From NCBI GenBank assembly GCA_963846655.1, contig CAWJWT010000002.1, positions 875,247 through 939,246 on the forward strand: 64,000 nucleotides of DNA. The letters are read 5' to 3'. How positions within the stretch are numbered: the first letter of the stretch is position 1; each line of letters begins with the position of its first letter. The position numbers and the translations under genes are program-made. Origin of the DNA: an uncultured beta proteobacterium. GTDB lineage: Bacteria > Pseudomonadota > Gammaproteobacteria > Burkholderiales > JACQAP01. Positions 1-9,475 of the stretch are shown in pieces. The notes beneath the pieces were generated by a model. It was not told the origin of the DNA, did not search any database, and saw only the letters and a program-made list of their open reading frames with translations.

Positions 1-441
1 CTCGTCAAGGTGCTCGCCCCCGCGTTCTACGCCAGGCAAAACATCCGCACGCCCGTGAAGATCGCGCTGATTACGCTCGCGGCGACGCAATTGATGAACC
101 TGGCTTTTATCTGGCCGTTGCGCCATGCGGGACTGGCGTTGGCGATTTCACTCGGTGCCTGCCTGAATGCCGGACTGCTTTATTATCAGCTGCGACGCCA
201 CGATATTTTTCGACCTCTGGCTGGCTGGGGAATCTTTGTTGCGAAAATCGCCGCTGCATTGCTGGCGATGGGCGCAGGGTTGTGGTGGGCGATGGGCCCT
301 GACGCTCAATGGCTGAGCGCGGGGGTGTGGTGGCGCATTGCGCGGCTGTCGATGCTCGTGGTGCTGGGTGCTGCCACCTATTTCGCCAGTCTGTGGCTGC
401 TGGGGTTGCGGCCGCGGGATTTTGTTAAGCGCTCGGCCTGA
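1..441 (+). CDS. murJ: Lipid II flippase MurJ (MviN), C-terminal part; 5' end lies outside the window
   Basis: Frame 1 is open from base 1. Hydrophobic polytopic sequence with MurJ-like VLAPAFYARQNIRTPVKIA. Stop at 439-441. Confidence 0.85.
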   Translation, partial: LVKVLAPAFYARQNIRTPVKIALITLAATQLMNLAFIWPLRHAGLALAISLGACLNAGLLYYQLRRHDIFRPLAGWGIFVAKIAAALLAMGAGLWWAMGPDAQWLSAGVWWRIARLSMLVVLGAATYFASLWLLGLRPRDFVKRSA

Positions 442-489
442 ACTGTGGCTCGCTTCGCGCGGCCCGACAGGTCGCCAGGACGGCCAGCC

Positions 490-518
490 AAAAAAAAGCC
501 CCCGCTTTTGACGGGGGC
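490..518 (-). terminator. Rho-independent terminator for the minus-strand gene ending at 546 (may also stop murJ)
   Basis: GC stem gcccccg (498-504) pairs with cgggggc (512-518) around a 7-nt loop. The A8 run at 490-497 on the + strand gives a U-tract on the minus-strand transcript. Confidence 0.55.
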
Positions 519-545
519 GAAGCACAAACAGCTAGTTCAGGATGG

Positions 546-1653
546 TTAGTTGCGGCGCTTTTCCTTTTCGCGCTTGCGGTCGTGACGCTTGTCATGCCGC
601 TTGAAGCCGCGTTTTTCGGTCGGCACCGAAAAGATCTTCAGCGCCGCGGTGCCTTCAATCTGTTCACCCGACATGGTCTTGCCTTTGAGCAAGCCATTCA
701 AATCGCCTGGCTGGAAGTTGGCGACATCGCCCTTGAAATAGCACACCTTGTCCATGCGACCGTCGCGATTGATGTCATGCGATTGCTTGCGGCAGCGGTA
801 CAGGCTCTTCTCGTAGCCGGTCTTGCCGAACGACAGCGAATTCGGATTGACCGTCGTCGCGTCGAAGCCATCCATGGTCAATATGGCCACGGCGATCGGG
901 TCGATGCCCCGTGCGCTTCTCTATATCGCGCTCGTCCTGGTGCCAGCGCCTGACTTCGATCGGCACTTGCTTGGCGGCTGACGGCGGTGGCAATTGCACC
1001 GGCGGTACGGAAGGCGGCGATTCAGCCGGCGGAGATTCGGCCGGCGGGGTTTGCGCCGGGGGCGTTTCCACGGGAGGCGGAGTCTGCGCCGGCGGATTGG
1101 GATTGCGCACGCCGCTGATTTGCAGCACATAGGTTCCGCCCGGCGTCGCATACTCCATATTCTGCAGGACGCCATCCTGATCCGCCCAATGCGGATAGGC
1201 GCTGACTACGACCGTATAGGTTCCGGTTGTGGGTAAGGTCGACCCCGTGATGCGCGGTTCCGTTCCCGTTTCGCATTCGGCGTCGGACATGGCGCGCACG
1301 TTGCCCATCGAGTCATAGAGGGCGAGAAGGCTGGGAAAACCTGCACAGCTTCCAGCCCCATCGGGTTGCAGCGATCCAACGATCTGGATCAAGGGCGTAT
1401 CACCTGCGGTGCCCTCGAAAGTGAAGTAATCCGCATCCGTTGAGGGATCGCCCGCGCTGTTGCCGATTGAGCCAGAAACGCTAAGTCCTTCGGCAGGAAT
1501 GGGCGTTTGTTGCGCGCCGGAAAGCGAGTCATTGGGTTCCGTCTCGGTAATCGAGGCAGCGCCGGCAACTCCACTGGCACCCAGCACACAGACAAACAGA
1601 CCACGCGCAAACAGCGATAGAAAAGACCGCTGCATTTCGGTATTCATGATCAC
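546..1653 (-). pseudogene. Secreted PPC (bacterial pre-peptidase C-terminal)-domain protein with a proline-rich linker, a C-terminal beta-type domain and a polybasic tail; frame broken near 907-910
   Basis: N-terminal signal peptide (MQRSFLSLFARGLFVCVLGASGVAGAAS). PPC signature ETEPNDSLSGAQ...DADYFTF. Linker PPAQTPPPVETPPAQTPPAESPPAESPP. ORF 775-1653 runs into an Arg-rich tail, while ORF 546-890 in another frame carries IDPIAVAILTMDGFDATTVNP...DINRDGRMD. The two pieces join cleanly if one base is removed from the C4 run at 907-910. Confidence 0.7.
1013..1095 (-). repeat. Imperfect 15-nt tandem repeats encoding the Pro-Pro-Ala-Glu/Gln-Ser/Thr linker
   Basis: ggcggcgattcagcc (1013-1027) and ggcggagattcggcc (1028-1042) are followed by more diverged units. 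They are coding (PPAESPPAESPP, PPAQTPP). Confidence 0.7.
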
Positions 1654-2063
1654 TTTCTCCTGTTATCAAACATTTGATTCGTTACTGGTGTAACGCCATT
1701 GGAATACGCAATGTCTGTACCCAAACTCGTAGCCCATGCCAGTCAAATGCACATGTTTTTATTGGCTCTGCGTTCAAGTAGTTACAGGGAATTTGCAAGG
1801 AAAGGCGACTATTCGGCCGGCGGTGAATGCCGAAAACACGCCTGTGGTGGCGGGAAATGCGTCACGCGCCGAAATTCGTCCGAAGTGACGAAAAACGGAC
1901 GTGAAATCGCTATGCAATGCGCATGGCTGTCGCGAATGCAGGCCTTGCGGGAAACGCAGAAAACCGCGACCTCAGGGCGTCTCGCGCCGGCCCAGAACTA
2001 CGGCAGCGGCAAGCAGTGCATCGCGTCTGTGGGCGGCGCGAACCCGTTCATTGGTTGGTACGG

Positions 2064-2990
2064 TCAGGCTTTGCCGTGCATCGCGTCATCGACCACCGGG
2101 CGGGTTAGATGCGGCGCGAACATCTCGATGAAATCGTACGTGTAGCCACGCAGATAACTGTTCTTGCGAATGCCGATTCGCGTTGTGCTGGGCTCGAACA
2201 AATGACTCGCGTCGATCGCGCGCACATGCGTATCGCGTTTTGGATCGTAAGCCATCATCGCCACGATCCCCACGCCCATTCCGAGTTCCACGTACGTCTT
2301 GATCACGTCGGCATCGATCGCCGTGAGCACGACATTCGGTGCCAGCCCTTTGTCGGCAAAGGCCTGGTTGATCTTCGATCGCCCGGTAAACGCAAAGTCA
2401 TAAGTGATGACCGGGAATGTCGCGATTGCCTCGACCGTGAGTTTCTTGACCTTCAACAAGGGATGACCCGGCTGCACCAGCACGCAGCGATTCCATTTGT
2501 AGCAGGGCAGCATCACCAGATCTTCGTACAACTCGATGGCCTCGGTTGCGATCGCGATATCGGCTTCGCCGGAGGCGACCATCTCGGAAATCTGCGTCGG
2601 ACTGCCCTGGCGCAGTGAAAGGCGAACGGCCGGATAACGTTTGGTGAAACGCTGGACGACCTGGGGCAGCGCATAGCGGGCCTGGGTATGCGTGGTGGCT
2701 ATCGTCAAGCGTCCCTTGTCCTCTTCCGTGAATTGCTCGCCAACCTGCCTGAGATTCTCGGCGTCCTTCAATATCCGCCGCGCGATATCCAGAATTGCCT
2801 TGCCGGGTTCAGTCACAGCGACGACCCGTTTGCCATGGCGCACGAAGATATCGACGCCGAGTTCTTCCTCGAGACTGCGGATCTGCTTGCTGATACCCGG
2901 TTGCGAGGTATGCAGAATTTCGGCCGCATTCGAGAGATTGAGATTCTGCCGTGCGACTTCGCAGATATAACGCAATTGCTGAAGTTTCAT
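2064..2990 (-). CDS. cysB: LysR-family transcriptional regulator CysB/Cbl (sulfur assimilation)
   Basis: Starts MKLQQLRYICEVARQNLNLSNAAEILHTSQPGISKQIRSLEEELGV (LysR helix-turn-helix). The length and C-terminal half look CysB-like. The ATG at 2990-2988 is preferred over the 363-aa ORF-track extension. Divergent from the cys structural genes. Confidence 0.85.
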   Translation of the reverse strand: MKLQQLRYICEVARQNLNLSNAAEILHTSQPGISKQIRSLEEELGVDIFVRHGKRVVAVTEPGKAILDIARRILKDAENLRQVGEQFTEEDKGRLTIATTHTQARYALPQVVQRFTKRYPAVRLSLRQGSPTQISEMVASGEADIAIATEAIELYEDLVMLPCYKWNRCVLVQPGHPLLKVKKLTVEAIATFPVITYDFAFTGRSKINQAFADKGLAPNVVLTAIDADVIKTYVELGMGVGIVAMMAYDPKRDTHVRAIDASHLFEPSTTRIGIRKNSYLRGYTYDFIEMFAPHLTRPVVDDAMHGKA

Positions 2991-3136
2991 GTGGTCCCGA
3001 GCATCTACGCTTAATAAGATAATCGTATTTAATACTAACAGAATATTCATAAGCAATATAAGGCCGCCGGTACCATGCCTTCTTCGATGCACAGGCGGGG
3101 TGGGATCGCACGTGGCGCGGCGGCTCGCCAGGGAAA
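2991..3136. promoter_or_regulatory. Divergent cysB / cys-operon control region
   Basis: Locally AT-rich patch (ttaataagataatcgtatttaatactaacagaatattcataagcaatataagg) in a GC-rich genome, lying between divergent cysB and the TauE-like/cysI genes. Specific CysB sites cannot be assigned by eye. Confidence 0.5.
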
Positions 3137-3910
3137 ATGGAAATCGGTTACGCATTATCGGGGTTATTGGTGGGGTTCATCGTCGGGCTCACGGGCGTCG
3201 GCGGCGGCTCCTTGATGACCCCGCTGCTGGTAATGGGGTTCGGCATTCCACCGGCAACGGCCGTGGGCACCGACCTGCTCTATGCCTCCTTCACCAAAGC
3301 GACCGGTGTGTGGGTCCATGGCCGCCGCGGCAACGTGGAGTGGAAACTGGTGAGCTGGCTTGCCGCGGGCAGTATCCCCGCGGCAATAGTCGCACTCATC
3401 GCCTTGCATCTTCTCGGGGTCGGCAGTCACAAGGTGGGCGGGCTGATCACCGGCTCGCTGGGCATCGCGCTGATTTTGACCGCCCTCGCTATTTTGTTCA
3501 AAGACAGGCTCCAGCGTCTGGGACAGAACAGCGCCGGAAAGCGCTGGCGGGAGCGCCATGTCGTTGCGGCCACGATCGCGACCGGCGCGGTGATTGGCGC
3601 GTTGGTTGCGTTGAGCTCGGTGGGCGCGGGAGCACTCGGTGTCGCGGCATTATTCTGGTTGTTCCCGCTGTTGCCCGCCTCGCGCATCGTCGGCAGCGAT
3701 ATCGCCCACGCGGTACCGCTGACCGCCGTGGCAGGCGTGGGGCACTTCTTCATGGGGAGCGTTGACTGGTCACTGCTGTTGAATCTTCTGATCGGCTCGC
3801 TGCCCGGAATCTACCTCGGGAGCCACCTGAGCGGACGGATTGCCGAGCGCTGGCTACGACCGGCGCTGGCTTCCATGCTGGTGCTGGTCGGGGCCAAGCT
3901 GGTCCTCTGA
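3137..3910 (+). CDS. TauE/SafE (DUF81) family anion permease, probably sulfite/sulfate-related
   Basis: 257-aa polytopic membrane protein with Gly-rich helices (GFIVGLTGVGGGSLMTPLLV...; second half GALVALSSVGAGALGVAALF). First gene of the cys structural cluster. Confidence 0.75.
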   Translation: MEIGYALSGLLVGFIVGLTGVGGGSLMTPLLVMGFGIPPATAVGTDLLYASFTKATGVWVHGRRGNVEWKLVSWLAAGSIPAAIVALIALHLLGVGSHKVGGLITGSLGIALILTALAILFKDRLQRLGQNSAGKRWRERHVVAATIATGAVIGALVALSSVGAGALGVAALFWLFPLLPASRIVGSDIAHAVPLTAVAGVGHFFMGSVDWSLLLNLLIGSLPGIYLGSHLSGRIAERWLRPALASMLVLVGAKLVL

Positions 3911-3947
3911 TCAGACCGTTCCAAAGGTCATCCTTAAAAGGGTTGTC

Positions 3948-5662
3948 ATGTACGTATACGATCAAGTCGACCGCAATCTGGTCAACGAGCGCGTGGCGCA
4001 GTACCGGGACCAGGTCGAAAGATTTCTCGCCGGGAGCTGAGCGAGGACGAATTCCGGCCCCTGCGCCTGCAGAACGGGCTGTATATGCAGCGCCATGCAC
4101 ATATGTTGCGCGTGGCGATCCCGTATGGGTTGCTCTCGGCCAGGCAGTTGCGCATGCTGGCGCAGATCGCCAAACGCTACGACCGGGGCTACGGGCATTT
4201 CACGACGCGGCAGAATATCCAGTACAACTGGCCCCGCCTCGAAGACACGCCCGCAATTCTTGCCGATCTCGCGTCGGTGGAAATGCATGCGATCCAGACC
4301 AGCGGCAATTGCGTGCGCAATATTACGTCCGACGAGTTTGCCGGCGTTGCGCCCGACGAAATCCTGGATCCGCGCCCGTTCGCCGAGATCCTGCGGCAGT
4401 GGTCCACCTTTCATCCCGAGTTCGCCTTTCTTCCGCGCAAGTTCAAGATTGCCGTAAACGGTGCTGTGGAAGACCGGGCTGCAACGGCGTTTCACGATAT
4501 CGGGTTGTATTTGCGCCGCGGGCCCGAGGGCGACGTCGGCCTGCGTGTCCTGGTCGGCGGCGGCATGGGACGCACGCCGATCGTCGGGCCCGTGATCCGC
4601 GAGTTCCTGCCGTGGCGGCACATGAATACCTATGTCGAAGCCATCCTGCGCGTCTATAACCGGTACGGTCGGCGCGATAATCTGTACAAGGCGCGCATCA
4701 AGATCCTGGTCAAGGCGCTAGGTACCGAGGAATTCGCGCGCCAGGTCGAACAGGAATGGTCGCTGATCAAGGACGGGCCGGACACCCTGACGGATCAGGA
4801 ACTGGCGCGGGTATCGGCGTATTTTGCGGCTCCCGATTACGCAGCTTTCCCGTCGAGCGACGTGAAGTTCAATAGGGATGTCATGGAAAGTGCCGGATTT
4901 GCCCGCTGGGCCGGTCGCGCCGTCAAGGGCCACCGCGTTCCGGGCTATCGATCCGTCGTGCTGTCCCTCAAGAAAACCGGCATCCCCCCGGGCGATGCGA
5001 CCACGGAACAAATGGAGCTGGTCGCCGATTGGTCCGAGCGTTTCGGCTTCGGCGAAGTGCGTGTGTCGCACGAGCAGAATCTGATTCTGCCCGACGTGCG
5101 CGCTGATGACTTGTTCACGCTCTGGCAGGAAGCGCGCAAGGCCGGCCTGGCGACACCCAATCTGGGCTTGCTCACGGATATCATTGCCTGCCCCGGCGGC
5201 GATTTCTGTTCGCTCGCGAACGCCAAGTCCATTCCTGTTGCCGAGGCCATCCAGCGGCGCTTCGATGATCTGGATTTCGTGCACGACATCGGTGAACTCA
5301 ATATCAACATATCGGGTTGCATGAATTCCTGCGGCCATCACCATGCCGGTCACATCGGCATCCTCGGCGTCGATAAGGATGGCGAGGAGTGGTACCAGGT
5401 TTCGGTCGGGGGTGCCGACGGATCCCAGGCCGGGCGCGGGCGCAGCGCCATCGGCAAAGTCATCGGACCGTCGTTCAAGGCGGACGACATGCCCGACGTG
5501 ATCTCACGCTTGGTCGACATTTACCTCGAGCAGCGCCAGGAAGACGAGCGCTTCATCGATACGGTCGGCCGTCTCGGCATCGCTCCATTCAAGACAGGCG
5601 TATACGGTTCGCCATTGCGGGCTAGCCGGCGCGCTGCCGAAGGAGTCGTCGCCGATGTCTGA
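3948..5662 (+). pseudogene. cysI: Assimilatory sulfite reductase hemoprotein (siroheme/[4Fe-4S]) CysI; one apparent frameshift at 4032-4034
   Basis: ORF 4085-5662 has the Cys cluster CPGGDFCSLA...SGCMNSCGHH. The missing N-terminus MYVYDQVDRNLVNERVAQYRDQVERFLAG is in another frame (ATG 3948) and ends at TGA 4038-4040. Adding one G to the G3 run at 4032-4034 gives a continuous ...FLAGELSEDEFRPLRLQNGLYMQRHAHMLRV. Confidence 0.85.
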
Positions 5663-6180
5663 GATCATTCTGCGTGATGCGGTCGTGGTGGACGACTGGC
5701 AAATCCTGCGGCCGGGCGCGGACGAATCGCTGTCGTTCCAGCGGGACGCTTCATCGTGCCTCTGCGCGTGTGGCTGGACCGAAGCGCGAGGACTTGAACG
5801 CGCGGCGAAATATCGGCGTCTGGCTGAGCGGTGACGATGATCCGGCGGCGCTCGCGCCGTGGCTGGCGTCGCTTTCGATGGTGGCGGTCGATTTTCCAAA
5901 GTTCACCGACGGACGCGGCTATTCGATTGCCTATCTGTTGCGTTCGCGATTCGGCTACACGGGTCAGCTCCGCGCCATCGGCGACGTGCTTCCGGATCAG
6001 CTTTTTTACATGAAACGCGTGGGCTTCGACGCCTTTGCAGTGCGCTCGGACAAAGACATCCGCAAGGCCTTGCGCAGTCTGCAGCCGTTTACAGACGCTT
6101 ATCAAGGTTCCTGGGACAATGCGGTGCCCGCCTACCGGCGCCACCAGCGTGCCTGGCCGGCGGCGCCCGGCAAATCATGA
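5655..6180 (+). pseudogene. DUF934-family protein usually found next to cysI; two apparent frameshifts (~5715-5735 and ~5775-5790)
   Basis: ATG 5655 gives MSEIILRDAVVVDDWQILRPGADESL. A second frame gives VPAGRFIVPLRVWLDR. A third frame (ORF 5674-6180) gives REDLNARRNIGVWLSGDDDPAALAPWL...FPKFTDGRGYSIAYLLRSRFGYTGQLRAIGDVLPDQLFYMKRVGFDAF. Overlaps the cysI stop by 8 nt. Confidence 0.75.
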
Positions 6181-6926
6181 ACTCGGCCGCGCAGCCGCAC
6201 GCCCGGACCGTGCCGGCCACTACAGATTCACGCATCAGCCTTCTGACCGCCCGACTGAAAGACGTGGTGGGTGAGTTTCACAGCGTCGCATTTGCCAGCA
6301 GCCTCGGCGCGGAAGACATGGTCGTGGCGGACGCAATCTATGGGGCGCAACTGCCGATCGCCGTCTTCACGCTCGATACCGGACGTCTCCCACGCGAAAC
6401 GCTCGATCTGCTCGATCGCATGCGAACTCGCTACGCCCGCATGCCGGAGATCATCCGGCCGGCCGAACAGGACATCACGCAATATGTCTCCGTCCATGGT
6501 CTCAACGCGTTCTACGAAAACGTCGAGCTGCGCAAGAAATGCTGCGGTATCCGCAAGGTTGCCCCGCTGGCACGCGCGCTGGACGGACGGGATGCGTGGG
6601 TGACGGGGCTGCGCCGCGCGCAGTCGATCACACGCACTGAACTGCCGCTGCGCGAATTCGATTCCACGCATGGCCTGGTCAAATTCAACCCGCTGGCGGA
6701 TTGGAGCCAAGAGGATGTCTGGACCTACATCCGGAGTCGCGATGTCCCCTACAACGCCCTGCATGACCGCGGCTATCCGTCTATCGGTTGCGAACCGTGT
6801 ACGCGCGCGGTCCGGCCCGGCGAGGATATCCGCGCGGGGCGCTGGTGGTGGGAATCGAAGGACAGCAAGGAATGCGGCCTTCATGTCTCGCCGATAGTCG
6901 TAACGGACAGGGGAAAAGCAACGTGA
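6177..6926 (+). CDS. cysH: Adenylyl-sulfate (APS) reductase, thioredoxin-dependent, Fe-S type
   Basis: Contains KKCCGIRKVAPL and SIGCEPCTRAV (the Cys pairs typical of bacterial APS reductases) plus the C-terminal KECGLH. The ATG overlaps the DUF934 stop (ATGA). Confidence 0.85.
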   Translation: MNSAAQPHARTVPATTDSRISLLTARLKDVVGEFHSVAFASSLGAEDMVVADAIYGAQLPIAVFTLDTGRLPRETLDLLDRMRTRYARMPEIIRPAEQDITQYVSVHGLNAFYENVELRKKCCGIRKVAPLARALDGRDAWVTGLRRAQSITRTELPLREFDSTHGLVKFNPLADWSQEDVWTYIRSRDVPYNALHDRGYPSIGCEPCTRAVRPGEDIRAGRWWWESKDSKECGLHVSPIVVTDRGKAT

Positions 6927-7846
6927 GTGCGCTATTGCAAATCGATGCAACGCGAATCAATCATCTCGATTGGCTGGAATCGGAATCGATTCACATCCTG
7001 CGCGAAGTGGCCGCGGAATGCAGTAATCCTGCGCTGCTGTTCTCGGGCGGGAAGGATTCCATCGTGATGTTGCGGCTCGCGGAGAAAGCCTTCCGGCCGG
7101 GCAAGTTCCCGTTTCCGCTGCTGCATATCGATACCGGGCACAACTTTCCCGAAGTCATCAGTTTTCGCGACTTCCGCGCGGCCGAACTGGGCGAGCGGCT
7201 GGTGATAGGTCATATGGACGATTCGATCCGGTCCGGACGGGTCCGGCTGCGCTCGGCGGAGGAAAGCCGCAACGTGCATCAATCGACGACGCTTCTCGAC
7301 ACTATCGCCGAGTACGGATTCGACGCCTGCATCGGCGGGGCGCGCCGCGACGAGGAAAAGGCGCGGGCCAAGGAACGTATCTTCTCGTTCCGGGACGAGT
7401 TCGGCCAATGGGATCCAAAAAATCAGCGACCGGAATTGTGGAGCCTGTACAACACGAAGGTGCACAAGGGCGAGAATATTCGCGTGTTTCCGATCAGCAA
7501 CTGGACCGAACTGGATGTGTGGCAGTACATCGCGCGCGAAGGGCTCGCAGTGCCGTCGATTTATTACGCTCATCCGCGTGAAGTCGTCCGCAGGCCCGGA
7601 GGGCTGTTGCCTGTCTCGGAGCTGGTGCGTCCGAAAGCAGGCGAGGTCGTGGAAACTTTATCGGTGCGCTTTCGCACGGTGGGCGACATGACCTGCACTT
7701 GCCCGGTGGAGTCCATTGCGGCCAACGCGCAACAGATCATTCTCGAAACGGCTACGACCCGCATCACCGAACGCGGCGCAACGCGCATGGACGACCAGAC
7801 TTCAGAGGCGTCCATGGAGCTGCGCAAAAAAGAAGGATACTTTTAA
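6923..7846 (+). CDS. cysD: Sulfate adenylyltransferase subunit 2
   Basis: GTG at 6923 overlaps the cysH stop. Sequence LDWLESESIHILREVAAECSNPALLFSGGKDSIVMLRLA...HIDTGHNFPE (PAPS-reductase-fold ATP pyrophosphatase motif SGGKDS). Confidence 0.9.
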   Translation: MSALLQIDATRINHLDWLESESIHILREVAAECSNPALLFSGGKDSIVMLRLAEKAFRPGKFPFPLLHIDTGHNFPEVISFRDFRAAELGERLVIGHMDDSIRSGRVRLRSAEESRNVHQSTTLLDTIAEYGFDACIGGARRDEEKARAKERIFSFRDEFGQWDPKNQRPELWSLYNTKVHKGENIRVFPISNWTELDVWQYIAREGLAVPSIYYAHPREVVRRPGGLLPVSELVRPKAGEVVETLSVRFRTVGDMTCTCPVESIAANAQQIILETATTRITERGATRMDDQTSEASMELRKKEGYF

Positions 7847-7847
7847 C

Positions 7848-9119
7848 ATGTCAGCCATCGAAACCATGTCGCCGGTCGACACCGGGATGCTGCGCTTCAG
7901 CAGCGCCGGCAGCGTCGATGACGGGAAGAGCACGCTGATCGGACGGCTCCTTTACGACACTAAAGCCATATTCGAAGATCAGCTCTCGTCGATCGAGAAA
8001 TCCAGCCAGCGGCGCGGCCACACCAGCATCGATCTTTCGTTGTTGACCGATGGCCTGCTCGCCGAACGCGAGCAAGGTATTACGATCGATGTCGCGTATC
8101 GTTATTTCGCCACACCTTCGCGCAAATTCATCATCGCGGATACGCCCGGCCACGAGCAATACACGCGCAACATGGTGACCGGCGCATCCACCGCGGATCT
8201 GGCGATCGTGCTCGTCGACGCACGCAAGGGATTGCTTACGCAGTCCAGGCGTCACGCGTACATCGCCAGCCTGCTGCGCATTCCGCATGTGGTGCTTGCG
8301 GTCAACAAGATGGATCTGGTGGATTATTCGCAGTCTGTATTCGACGAAATCCGAGAAACCTTCTCGGGCTTTGTTCGAGACCTGGATTTTCATCGGGTCG
8401 ATGCGCTGCCGATGTCGGCGTTGCAAGGCGACATGGTCGTCGGGCGCGGCGACAACTTGTCGTGGTATCGCGGGCCTACGTTGCTGGAAGTGCTCGAGAG
8501 CGCCGAAGTAGCCCGCTCTGCGGTGCACGGCAGACTGTTCTTCCCGGTGCAGTTGGTTTCCCGGCCGGGCGACAGCGGCATTGACGACGCGCGCGGCTAC
8601 GCGGGGCGCATAGAATCCGGCAGTATCGGCGCCGGCGATACCGTGACGGTCCTGCCTTCCGGGCAGGTGTCGCGTGTGCGTTGCGTGCGCACGTTCGACG
8701 GCGCGATCGAGCGCGCGCAGGCGCCGCAGTCGGTGACGGTGGTGCTCGAAGACCAACTCGATATCTCGCGCGGGGACGTTCTCGCCGCGACCGGGGCCCT
8801 ACCGAGCGTGGCCCGCGAGTTCGAAGCGACCGTCTGCTGGCTGGCGACCGAACCCTTCAACCGCAGCCGGCGCTATCTGGTCAAACAGGGCACGCGCGTG
8901 GTCAAGTCCCTGCTGGGTTCGCCGCAGTTTCGCGTGAACGTCAACACGTTGGCGAGAGAGCCCGCCGACACGTTCATGCTGAACGACATTGGTCGTATCT
9001 CGGTCAAGACCGCCCAGCCGATCGCATTCGAATCCTATCGCCTCAATCGCGCAGCGGGGAGTTTCATCGTCATCGACGAGACCAGCAACAACACGGTCGC
9101 GGCCGGACTGATCGAATAA
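7848..9119 (+). CDS. cysN: Sulfate adenylyltransferase subunit 1 (GTPase), without a fused APS-kinase domain
   Basis: G1 [15 protein letters not shown]3 DTPGHEQY, G4 NKMD. 423 aa, so there is no CysC extension. ATG lies 1 nt after the cysD stop. Confidence 0.9.
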   Translation: MSAIETMSPVDTGMLRFSSAGSVDDGKSTLIGRLLYDTKAIFEDQLSSIEKSSQRRGHTSIDLSLLTDGLLAEREQGITIDVAYRYFATPSRKFIIADTPGHEQYTRNMVTGASTADLAIVLVDARKGLLTQSRRHAYIASLLRIPHVVLAVNKMDLVDYSQSVFDEIRETFSGFVRDLDFHRVDALPMSALQGDMVVGRGDNLSWYRGPTLLEVLESAEVARSAVHGRLFFPVQLVSRPGDSGIDDARGYAGRIESGSIGAGDTVTVLPSGQVSRVRCVRTFDGAIERAQAPQSVTVVLEDQLDISRGDVLAATGALPSVAREFEATVCWLATEPFNRSRRYLVKQGTRVVKSLLGSPQFRVNVNTLAREPADTFMLNDIGRISVKTAQPIAFESYRLNRAAGSFIVIDETSNNTVAAGLIE

Positions 9120-9148
9120 TCCGGGGCCTGGCGGCACAGGAATACGCC

Positions 9149-9475
9149 ATGACTTATGTAGTAACCGAATCGTGCATCAACTGCAAACATACCGACTGCG
9201 TCGACGTGTGTCCTGTCGACTGCTTTGTCGAAGGCCCGAACTTTCTGGCAATTGATCCGGATAATTGCATCGATTGCAGCTTGTGCGTGGCCGAGTGTCC
9301 CGTAGAGGCCATATGTGCTGAAGAGGATGTGCCCGAGGCGCAGCGCGATTTCATCCGCATCAATGCGCAGGCAGCCAAAGTGTGGCCCGCCATCACGGAG
9401 AGGAAATCCGCGCCGGCCGATGCCGATCATTGGGCAGCGATCAAGCAGAAACGTCCTTATCTGGAGGCGGTGTGA
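9149..9475 (+). CDS. fdxA: 7Fe ferredoxin (Azotobacter FdxA type)
   Basis: [26 protein letters not shown]...[16 protein letters not shown]. Cys spacing matches a [3Fe-4S][4Fe-4S] ferredoxin. 108 aa. Confidence 0.85.
   Translation: MTYVVTESCINCKHTDCVDVCPVDCFVEGPNFLAIDPDNCIDCSLCVAECPVEAICAEEDVPEAQRDFIRINAQAAKVWPAITERKSAPADADHWAAIKQKRPYLEAV

Noticed and set aside
1013-1095. Short tandem DNA repeats that might suggest a CRISPR array or VNTR. Similar periodicity occurs in pilY1 at 19310-20470.
   Set aside because: The units are 15 nt without spacers and lie in frame within coding sequence (proline-rich linker; Thr/Ser-rich modules). They are not CRISPR-like.
1699-2145. 148-aa ORF in the 410-nt gap between the PPC-protein gene and cysB.
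   Set aside because: No Shine-Dalgarno sequence and no motif. The composition drifts with the intergenic region and its 3' end runs antisense into cysB. More likely a non-coding promoter/terminator region, which I could not dissect further.
2991-3155. N-terminal extension of cysB (363-aa ORF-track version). Similar extensions occur for the 519-aa ORF 26424-27983, the 522-aa fliI ORF and the 383-aa fliP ORF.
   Set aside because: The extensions are unconserved-looking and overlap neighbouring genes or promoters. Internal ATGs give canonical family N-termini, often with ATGA or close coupling to the upstream gene.
4029-5790. Programmed ribosomal frameshifting as an explanation for the cysI and DUF934 frame changes.
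   Set aside because: There is no slippery heptamer or downstream structure at the junctions, and these families are not known to use recoding. Similar breaks occur in many unrelated genes here, so indels (error or mutation) are the simpler explanation.
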